This document shows positions 24,723-32,000 of a DNA stretch of 32,000 nt, piece by piece. Below the pieces are notes generated by a model. It saw only the letters and a program-made list of their open reading frames with translations, ran no database searches and was not told where the DNA came from. Source of the DNA: Massilicoli timonensis (lineage in GTDB: Bacteria; Bacillota_I; Bacilli_A; Erysipelotrichales; Erysipelotrichaceae); NCBI RefSeq assembly GCF_900199515.1, contig NZ_LT963434.1:303272-335271 (forward strand), read 5' to 3'. The translations under genes were made by a program, and so were the position numbers. The first letter of the stretch is position 1; every line of letters begins with the position of its first letter.

Positions 24723-25612
24723 CGCTTCACCAGGATCTGATATTTCATCAGCAAAAAGATCGGATGATAAGCCTGTTTGGCTTTCCGCAGTTTTTCTTCT
24801 CCCATGTCATCCTCCCGATTCACATACTTGCAATCTAAAAAAGCATGTGACAAATACTCTTTGGCAATCGCCTGATAAATTCCGCGAATCGAAGGATCCG
24901 CCTTTTCCACATTCATATCGCACATTTCCTTGTTTAAGCGCGTACCTAAGGCAAATGCCTTGACCGCCCCATCCACGCGCAGCAATCCGCCGACGATCCC
25001 ATATTCCTCATAGCGTTCAAACATTTTATGAATACCTGCTTTTTCCGCTGCCATTTCTTCATTCATTTCATCACTGCGCCATTCATCTAAAAACGCCAAA
25101 CACTCCGCCATGTTGTCTTTGTCGATCGCTTCATATACGTAGCGTCCTTCATATTGTTTATAAAAGGCGTTTAGATGATTGCGCTTCTTCTGTAATTTCT
25201 TGCCCGCAAAGGTACGCAGTGATTCACAAAGATATACATAATCATATGTACTGCGGAAATTACGCACTTCACAATTAGGGAATACTCGCTTCGCCTTTTC
25301 CATTCCCTGATACGAAAAGCCATCTAATAATAGCGGTTCTCCCATCTGATCAAACAATTCCTGCGCCCTGCGCAGCGCTTCTTCAAAATAGCGTTCTTCA
25401 CAAAGCGGCATATAGAGAAACCATCCGCCTTCATGTACGCTCAATAATAAAATAAAATGATCTTCCACATATTTCCACACCGGCCACATGCCGCCCCAAA
25501 CCAACAAAGTAACTAGATTATAGTTACATAATTCATAGCCCGATCGATCTAAATAAGGCTGTACCAAAGCAATATCATCTGCTGTTAATTCACTGATTCC
25601 AAGTGATTCCAT
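24719..25612 (-). CDS. DUF2156 / LPG_synthase_C domain protein (soluble homologue of the aminoacyl-tRNA-dependent transferase domain of MprF)
   Basis: 297 aa with no TM segments. The motifs YNLVTLLVWG and FAGKKLQKKRNHLNAF, and the overall length, match standalone DUF2156 proteins. Confidence 0.75.
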   Translation of the reverse strand: MESLGISELTADDIALVQPYLDRSGYELCNYNLVTLLVWGGMWPVWKYVEDHFILLLSVHEGGWFLYMPLCEERYFEEALRRAQELFDQMGEPLLLDGFSYQGMEKAKRVFPNCEVRNFRSTYDYVYLCESLRTFAGKKLQKKRNHLNAFYKQYEGRYVYEAIDKDNMAECLAFLDEWRSDEMNEEMAAEKAGIHKMFERYEEYGIVGGLLRVDGAVKAFALGTRLNKEMCDMNVEKADPSIRGIYQAIAKEYLSHAFLDCKYVNREDDMGEEKLRKAKQAYHPIFLLMKYQILVKR

Positions 25613-25710
25613 TCTTACACCATACTTTCTTTCATTTCATAACTTTACCAGTTTTTTACAGTTCTCGCAAGTTTTCTGACTAAGAAATAGACAATGCTTT
25701 TACACATTGT

Positions 25711-28700
25711 CTAGGGCTCGATCTTGCTTAATTTTCTGACAAGACAACTGTTTTCTTTTTCGATTTTTCCTTCTGCCAGCACATAAGTACCTTTTACAAG
25801 CAGCGCTTCATACTGCCGATAAACATTCGGCATGCATACAAGATCGATCTTCGCACTTTCATCGGCACCGACGGCAAACACCATCAGATCGCCATGCTTG
25901 GTACGGTGCAGTTTCACTCGTTCGATCACTGCCAGAAGGCGGACATTGCCGCGGTGATTTTGTAATAATAAAATACTTCTTAAACTTGGATCGATCGACA
26001 TGCGCAGCTTGGCAATCGGATGCTCGCTCAGATAAAAGCCCAATGCTTGAAATTCCTGATCGCTGCGCTGCTGCGGCTGATCTTTGGCAAGGATCATCGC
26101 CGGTTTGCTGACGATCTCAAAATCAAGCAGGATCTGCTTTTCATCTTCAATGCGTACCAGATCCCCATAGCGCAGCGCGTCATCCAGCGTCAAAAGCATA
26201 CTGGCACGACTGTGGTGAAAACAGTCAAGCGCACCGGCATGGATCAGTGTTTCGATCAGTTTGCGGTTGATCCGACATGTCATGACCCGCGCCACGAAAT
26301 CAAAATAATCCAGGAACGCGCCGTTTTTCTTACGCTCCGCCACCAGCTGCTGACAGACGGTGTTACCGATTCCCTTGATGCCGTTTAGCGGAAAGCGCAG
26401 TGCGTTTCCTTCGATCACATAATGTGCATCAGAGGCGTTTACACATGGTAAAAGCACCTTTAAGCCTCGTTTCTTCGCTTCAAAGATATACTCGCCGCTC
26501 TTTCGCTCCGCTCCGATCACACTGTTCAAAAGCGACTGGAAGAAAAACTGCGGATAATTCGCTTTCAGATAAGTGAGCTGATAAGCAAGCAAACCATAGG
26601 CGACGCTGTGCGAACGGTTGAATCCATAGTTGGCAAACTTCATGATCTGTTCATATGTCTTTTCCGCCGTTTTCTTGTCATAGCCGTTTTGCAGGGCGCC
26701 GTTTAAGAAATCCTGTTCCAGCTTGGCTAATTCCGATTCTTTTTTCTTAGAGATCGCTTTACGCAAATTATCTGCCTTGCCTAAGGTAAATCCGGCCATC
26801 TTCTGTGCAATCTGCATGATCTGTTCCTGATAGATCATAACACCGTAAGTCGATTCCAGGATCGGCTTTAAGGAAGGATGCGGATAGACGATCTTTTCAG
26901 GATGCGCCTTAGACTGTAAATACAACGGGATGTTCTCCATTGGGCCGGGGCGAAACAAAGCGATGCTGACGACGATATCCTCAAAGCAGCGCGGCTGAAT
27001 ACGGCGAATCAGATTCTTCATGCCTTCACTTTCCAGCTGGAAAATGCCGACCGTATCGACATCGCGCATGACCTGATAGGTTTTGGCATCGTCCAAAGGG
27101 ATCTTCATAATATCAAGCGGGATCCCCGAGGCATTCACATTGCTTACGATCTCATCAATGATCGTCAGATTGCGCAGTCCCAGAAAATCCATCTTGATCA
27201 GTCCAAGTTCTTCCAAATATTCCATGGTAAACTGGGTCGCCAATAAATCAGCGTCCAAGGAAATCAAAGGACATACCTGTGTGATCGGCTCTTTCGCCAA
27301 AACGATGCCCGCCGCATGCAGCGAAGCATGTCTCGGTAATCCTTCCAGCTTCAAAGCGATGTCAAAGAGCTTTTGTAATTCTTTAGAGGACTGGATCGCC
27401 TGTTTGAATTTCGGAACATTGTCATAAGTACCCATCAAGGTAACTTTCGTAAAATTCGGCACCATCTTCGCGAGGATATCGATCTGACTCGGTTTCACGC
27501 CAAGCGCTTTGCCGACATCGCGAATGACCGCTTTTGCTGCCAGTGTATTAAACGCGATGATATGCGCGACATGTTCGCTTCCATAGCGTTCCTTGACATA
27601 ATGGATCACTTCATCCCGCCGATTATCGGGAAAATCAGTATCGATATCCGGCATCGAAACCCGCTCCGGATTCAAAAAACGCTCAAACAAAAGATGATAG
27701 CGAATCGGATCGACATGGGTAATGCCCAAACAATAGGATACCAGCGATCCCGCCGCACTGCCTCTACCCGGTCCTACATAAATCGAACGGCTTTTCGCAA
27801 AACGGATAAAATCCCACACGATCAGAAAATAATCTTCATAGTGCATGCGGATGATGACATCTAGTTCATGCTTTAAGCGCTCAACATAGACCCGCGGCAC
27901 CTTCGTCGTACCCATGCGTTTTTCTAAGCCCTTCAAGCAAAGCTGCTTCAAATACCGGGCACTGTCGACCCCAAACGGATTTTCAAAGGTCGGCAGTTTT
28001 GCCTTATGTATCTGTAATTCCACATTGCATTGATCGGCGATGACATCGCTCATCCGCAGATCTTCTTCCTCATAAAGGCGGCTCATTTCCTCTTGACTTC
28101 TAAAATAGCGCTTCGCCTGAAAGTCGAGCGTTTTATCGCTCGCCGTAACCCCCTGTCTGATCGCACAAAGCACCTGATAACACGCCTCATCCTTCGCATC
28201 TCCGTAATAGATGCGAGAAAGCGCTACGGTTGCGATTCCTAAATCATGTGCTACCTTTTTCAAAAAGCGGTTGCGCAGATAAAACAGATCGCTGTCATTT
28301 TTGGCAATCGCCACATAGAACTGCCGAAAAGCCGCTTTCATCTGTTCCAGAACGCTGCCTAACTGATTCGCATTTTCATGAATGATCCAAGTTTCCAAAT
28401 TCGGATCATCACCATTGGTCATCACGATCAAATCGCTCGCATAAGCGCTGACTTCCTCAAGCGTCATCATTTCCTCTTGGCACTGCAAATGCGTAGACAG
28501 TGATAACAGCGCTTCATACCCTTTCATATTTTTTGCATAAAGAGAGAGCCAATACACAGTATCATTGATTACACAGCGCATTTCCATCGCAAAGATCGGT
28601 TTGATATCCGCCTTTTTGCAAGCATGATAAAAAGCCATCGCAACATGCATCACTTCTTTGTCACACAAGGCAACCTGCGTATAGTGATGCGCTTTACAAA

Positions 28701-28776
28701 GCGATACGATGTCTTCCACGCGAAGAGTGCTGGATAAAAGCGAAAAGGCGCTTCTTACATGTAAATGCGTTGTCAT
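25711..28776 (-). CDS. dnaE: DNA polymerase III subunit alpha (DnaE type)
   Basis: The PHP domain starts HLHVRSAFSLLSS. The polymerase core has GPGRGSAAGSLVSYCLGITHVDP and PDIDTDF. The OB fold lies at the C-terminus. The RBS gaaggga lies upstream of the ATG at 28776. Confidence 0.95.
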   Translation of the reverse strand: MTTHLHVRSAFSLLSSTLRVEDIVSLCKAHHYTQVALCDKEVMHVAMAFYHACKKADIKPIFAMEMRCVINDTVYWLSLYAKNMKGYEALLSLSTHLQCQEEMMTLEEVSAYASDLIVMTNGDDPNLETWIIHENANQLGSVLEQMKAAFRQFYVAIAKNDSDLFYLRNRFLKKVAHDLGIATVALSRIYYGDAKDEACYQVLCAIRQGVTASDKTLDFQAKRYFRSQEEMSRLYEEEDLRMSDVIADQCNVELQIHKAKLPTFENPFGVDSARYLKQLCLKGLEKRMGTTKVPRVYVERLKHELDVIIRMHYEDYFLIVWDFIRFAKSRSIYVGPGRGSAAGSLVSYCLGITHVDPIRYHLLFERFLNPERVSMPDIDTDFPDNRRDEVIHYVKERYGSEHVAHIIAFNTLAAKAVIRDVGKALGVKPSQIDILAKMVPNFTKVTLMGTYDNVPKFKQAIQSSKELQKLFDIALKLEGLPRHASLHAAGIVLAKEPITQVCPLISLDADLLATQFTMEYLEELGLIKMDFLGLRNLTIIDEIVSNVNASGIPLDIMKIPLDDAKTYQVMRDVDTVGIFQLESEGMKNLIRRIQPRCFEDIVVSIALFRPGPMENIPLYLQSKAHPEKIVYPHPSLKPILESTYGVMIYQEQIMQIAQKMAGFTLGKADNLRKAISKKKESELAKLEQDFLNGALQNGYDKKTAEKTYEQIMKFANYGFNRSHSVAYGLLAYQLTYLKANYPQFFFQSLLNSVIGAERKSGEYIFEAKKRGLKVLLPCVNASDAHYVIEGNALRFPLNGIKGIGNTVCQQLVAERKKNGAFLDYFDFVARVMTCRINRKLIETLIHAGALDCFHHSRASMLLTLDDALRYGDLVRIEDEKQILLDFEIVSKPAMILAKDQPQQRSDQEFQALGFYLSEHPIAKLRMSIDPSLRSILLLQNHRGNVRLLAVIERVKLHRTKHGDLMVFAVGADESAKIDLVCMPNVYRQYEALLVKGTYVLAEGKIEKENSCLVRKLSKIEP

Positions 28777-28866
28777 GATTCCCTTCTTTCTTGTTCTTAT
28801 TTTACCATGATGACGATATTCTATCAATCAATGGCAAGAAAAAATCATATCGCTCTCGATATGATC

Positions 28867-29232
28867 TTACTGATGGTGACAGTGATGCGTTTCATCATAG
28901 CGATGCGTACAGAAAACAAGTTCACTTTCCAGTGTATCGTTCGCATAAGCCTGCGCTGCTGACAGCGCTTTGCCGCTGACCCCGGTTTTGACGATCATAT
29001 GACTGTCCATGAAACGCTGATAAGCGCCTTGTCCCATTCTTCCCGCAATGATCGCCTCTGCTCCATGTGCTGCTAACAAAGCCGGGATGCTTCCATGTTC
29101 CAATCCCTCATTTCTGATCGTTTCTGCCAACTGTATCGTTTCTCCTTCGATCGCATAGATCTGAAACTGCTCACAGTGCCCGAAATGAGAAGATACTGCA
29201 TCACCATCGCAAGCAATCGCAATTTTCTTCAT
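28867..29232 (-). CDS. NifB/NifX-family (dinitrogenase Fe-Mo cofactor domain) protein with a His/Cys-rich tail
   Basis: MKKIAIACDGDAVSSHFGHCEQFQIY and the motif IIAGRMGQGA are typical of Nitro_FeMo-Co domain proteins. The C-terminus is CTHRYDETHHCHHQ. Confidence 0.8.
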   Translation of the reverse strand: MKKIAIACDGDAVSSHFGHCEQFQIYAIEGETIQLAETIRNEGLEHGSIPALLAAHGAEAIIAGRMGQGAYQRFMDSHMIVKTGVSGKALSAAQAYANDTLESELVFCTHRYDETHHCHHQ

Positions 29233-29274
29233 ACCGATACCTCCTTTGATTTTTATTTATTCTATCACATTTTC

Positions 29275-29303
29275 TTGTATTTCACATGAGAATTATGATA
29301 TAA
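29275..29303 (+). promoter_or_regulatory. Sigma-A-type promoter for the thioesterase gene
   Basis: TTGTAT (29275-29280), a 17-nt spacer, then TGaTATAAT (29295-29303). Confidence 0.55.
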
Positions 29304-29327
29304 TCGCTACCTGAAAAGAGGGATGGT

Positions 29328-29741
29328 ATGAATACAGAACAAATCATGGAACGCATTAACAGCAGTCCTTACCTGAAGGAAAATCATCTGCAAGTGGAAA
29401 TGATGCAGGAAAAAGAAGCAATCGCTTCTATCATAATAGATGATAACATTCTCAATCCGCACGGTTATGCGCATGGCGGAGCGATCTATTCCGTTGCCGA
29501 TCTGGCAGCGGGAGCGGCATGCTGCTATGGAGGCCATTCAGTCGTCACTTTGAATGGCTCTATCAATTACATCAAGGCCGGCAGCGGCGTTAAGCTTTTG
29601 GCGCATGCCGAAGTGATTTCTAAAGGCGGACATACAGCGGTCATCGGCGTGCGGATCACCAATGAGAAAGAGATCCTGATCGCCCAGGCAACCTTTACGA
29701 TGTATTTTGTCGATCAAGACCGTTACGATGTAAAACGATAA
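29328..29741 (+). CDS. PaaI-family hotdog-fold thioesterase
   Basis: NPHGYAHGGAIYSVADLAAGAA is the PaaI/4HBT signature. The protein is 137 aa. Confidence 0.85.
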   Translation: MNTEQIMERINSSPYLKENHLQVEMMQEKEAIASIIIDDNILNPHGYAHGGAIYSVADLAAGAACCYGGHSVVTLNGSINYIKAGSGVKLLAHAEVISKGGHTAVIGVRITNEKEILIAQATFTMYFVDQDRYDVKR

Positions 29742-29753
29742 CGATATGAAAAA

Positions 29754-29785
29754 AGCTTCCCGGCATGTGAGCGGGAAGTTTTTTA
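29754..29785. terminator. Bidirectional rho-independent terminator
   Basis: cttcccg-gcatgtgag-cgggaag is flanked by aaaaaa on the 5' side and tttttt on the 3' side. Confidence 0.7.
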
Positions 29786-29813
29786 CAAGTATCTGATGAG
29801 AAGCATATAGGAT

Positions 29814-30602
29814 TTATTTAGAGCAATCAATGATACGATGCGCCGTCAAATACGTATAGATCCCTTCCTCATCGACCCTTTTGCATACATCATCCGCAGC
29901 CGCTTTCACATTTGCATTGGCATTCCCCATCGCGACGCCGCATCCTACCGCTTTTAACATCTCGATATCATTTTCACCGTCGCCAAATGCGATCGCTTTG
30001 CTCGCATCGATCTGATGGTGTGCCAGGATGGCCCGTACCGCGTTTCCTTTCCCGCTCTTTGCGGGTATGATGTCGATCGCTCGATCCCACCAAGCAACGA
30101 TTTCTGCTGATTCTACTCCTTGTAAGATCGCATCGAATTGTGCCGGTACAGCGCCCATCATGATCTGATAGATCGTTTCCTGCAAAGCTTCTTCAAAATC
30201 ATCGCTTGGCGCAATCCTTTGTTTAGACAAAGCGAAATAATCAGACAGATCTTGATCCACTCCATTGGCGCTGATCCTTTTATCGCCGGCTAATGAAACC
30301 GGACGATGGATCGCTTTCGCATTCTCAACGATGCGCAGCACATCCTCATGTGCAATGCTTCGTTGATAAATGACCTGATCCCCGCTGACACAATAAGAAC
30401 CGTTAAAGCACAGACAGCCGTCAAATCGGATCCAGTCAAAGTGCGGTATGCTTTGAAATGGTCTGCCGGTCGCAAGATACAGCAGCACGCCTTGCTTTTG
30501 CAGCTGCACCAGCGCCTGCTTGGTCTTTTCCGATATTTGCTTCGTCTCGATATCGACCAGCGTTCCGTCAATATCAAAAAAAGCGATCTGATAAGGGTGC
30601 AT
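29814..30602 (-). CDS. Cof-type HAD-IIB family hydrolase
   Basis: FFDIDGTLVD (motif I) and GDGENDIEML (motif IV). AAGGAGG lies upstream of the ATG at 30602. Confidence 0.85.
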   Translation of the reverse strand: MHPYQIAFFDIDGTLVDIETKQISEKTKQALVQLQKQGVLLYLATGRPFQSIPHFDWIRFDGCLCFNGSYCVSGDQVIYQRSIAHEDVLRIVENAKAIHRPVSLAGDKRISANGVDQDLSDYFALSKQRIAPSDDFEEALQETIYQIMMGAVPAQFDAILQGVESAEIVAWWDRAIDIIPAKSGKGNAVRAILAHHQIDASKAIAFGDGENDIEMLKAVGCGVAMGNANANVKAAADDVCKRVDEEGIYTYLTAHRIIDCSK

Positions 30603-30700
30603 GTCTTTCCTCCTTGCTGATGACTTAATAATAAAAAGTCTTCCGATCAAAAGCAAAAGGATCGCCTTTCCCGCAATCCTCTTAAAATGAAATGTGATTC

Positions 30701-31645
30701 TTATGCCTCATTCATCAGGCGTATATATAAGGTTTCCAACAGTTCCATGATCGAATCCTTGGTCAATTGCGATACTCCGCAAGCCAACGCATGGCCGCCG
30801 CCATGATAGCAGGATGCAATATCATTGATTTGCATACTGCGGGAGCGCAGCGATCCTTTATAATAATCGCTATTCGGCTCTTTGGTAAACAAGGTCCATA
30901 CTGACAATTCCTCAATATGGGCAAACACATAGACAAATTCCTTCGCCTGTGCAAAGCTCAGACCCATTTTTTCATAATCTTCCTGTTCCATGATCGCATA
31001 GGCGATCTTATCTTTATAAACACGCATACAAGAACGAAGATAGGAAACATAGGCATAAGTATTAAGCTTCAAAGCAATGCATGCTTCACTGATCTTAGGC
31101 AGATCGATGCCGGCTTCGCATAAATAAGCGGCTGCCAGAAAACTGTCTTTTGTCGTTGTCGCGATGGAAAAGCGCGCGGTATCCATCAATAAGCCCTGAT
31201 ACAGGAAAGAAGCACAGGTTTGTGACAAAGCAATATCGGCACAGCGAAACAGATTGGCGATGATCTCACAGGTCGCCCCCGCCTTTTCATTGACCAGCTC
31301 CAATGTTCCATAATGCTCTACCTGCGGATGATGATCGATCTTGATGATCTGTTTGGCCTGTTGAAAGCGGGCGTCATCGACCCGTTCCGCATTGCCGCAA
31401 TCGACTACGATCGCCAAAGAAGAAGCAATCGCTTCATCATCCACTTGATCAAAATACGCTTCATACTGCACAAAAGTTCCAGGATCCCCCAGCGCATACA
31501 CCGCCTTGTCAGGATAGTGTTCTTTGATCCATGTCTTTAATCCCAGCTGTGCGCCGATCGCATCCCAATCCGGATGGACATGGCGGAAAATGGTGATCTG
31601 CGATGCCTGCTCGATCTCTTTGCAAAGTGTTTCAAAGTTTATCAT
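30701..31645 (-). CDS. nrnA: DHH/DHHA1 family phosphoesterase (NrnA-like oligoribonuclease / pAp phosphatase)
   Basis: HVHPDWDAIG, KIDHHP and GGGHALACG motifs. ATGA overlap with ackA. Confidence 0.85.
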   Translation of the reverse strand: MINFETLCKEIEQASQITIFRHVHPDWDAIGAQLGLKTWIKEHYPDKAVYALGDPGTFVQYEAYFDQVDDEAIASSLAIVVDCGNAERVDDARFQQAKQIIKIDHHPQVEHYGTLELVNEKAGATCEIIANLFRCADIALSQTCASFLYQGLLMDTARFSIATTTKDSFLAAAYLCEAGIDLPKISEACIALKLNTYAYVSYLRSCMRVYKDKIAYAIMEQEDYEKMGLSFAQAKEFVYVFAHIEELSVWTLFTKEPNSDYYKGSLRSRSMQINDIASCYHGGGHALACGVSQLTKDSIMELLETLYIRLMNEA

Positions 31646-32000
31646 GAAAAGTCCAATAAGCGATAAGCATCACGGGCGATCATCAGTTCCTCATTGGTTG
31701 GGATCAGCCACAGGGCAACACGGCTGTCCGGTGTGGAAAGCAGCGTTTCTTCTCCGCGCACCTGATTTTTATCCGCATCGATCTTTACCCCGAAGGCACC
31801 ATTTAATGCATTGGCAATGCCTAAGCGGATCTTACTGTCATTTTCTCCGATCCCCCCCGTAAAGACGATCGCATCGACACCGCCCATCTGCGCAATATAG
31901 CCGCCGACCGTATTGATGACGCGGTTGATATAAAGCTTTTGGGTCAAGATCGCCTGTTCATTGCCGGCATTCACACCGGCTTCGATATCGCGTGCATCAC
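31642..32000 (-). CDS. ackA: Acetate kinase, C-terminal part (the gene continues beyond the window)
   Basis: ARDIEAGV...VDAIVFTGGIGENDSKIR...LIPTNEELMIARDAY. The frame stays open to position 32000, and the GTG at 31974 is an internal Val. Confidence 0.85.
   Translation of the reverse strand, partial: DARDIEAGVNAGNEQAILTQKLYINRVINTVGGYIAQMGGVDAIVFTGGIGENDSKIRLGIANALNGAFGVKIDADKNQVRGEETLLSTPDSRVALWLIPTNEELMIARDAYRLLDFS

Noticed and set aside
1-32000. CRISPR arrays, tRNA, rRNA or prophage structural genes
   Set aside because: I saw no regularly spaced direct repeats, no cloverleaf-like or rRNA-like conserved sequence in the intergenic regions, and no phage structural or integrase ORFs. The only recombinase is the IS110 transposase.

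Overview
Chromosomal segment of an endospore-forming Bacillota (Firmicutes) genome. It is densely coded, with about 31 genes, and most of them lie on the minus strand. The core content is housekeeping and sporulation: hpf, an M19 dipeptidase, a SleC-like cortex lytic enzyme, scpA/scpB, spoVAC-AD-AE-AF, a RocB-like M20 peptidase, a MATE exporter, dnaE, nrnA and the 3' end of ackA. Two stretches look accessory. (1) 5.1-10.3 kb holds a WYL-domain regulator next to a DUF2779-type protein (a Cas4-like Cys-cluster N-terminus fused to a DEDD-exonuclease-like C-terminus). Directly upstream is an intact IS110-family element, followed by a small ankyrin-repeat protein and a lipoprotein. (2) 20.3-21.7 kb is an AT-rich island carrying a single NUDIX hydrolase gene. 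About 0.5 kb of non-coding DNA lies on each side, and each spacer contains the same 18-nt repeat. The best candidate for an undescribed system is the WYL + DUF2779 nuclease pair. The most concrete sequence-level observation is that the non-coding left end of the IS110 element contains a segment complementary to its own insertion-site flank, as expected for a bridge/seek guide RNA. I found no rRNA, tRNA or CRISPR array. All functional calls rest on motif recognition in the translated ORFs, because no database search was possible.
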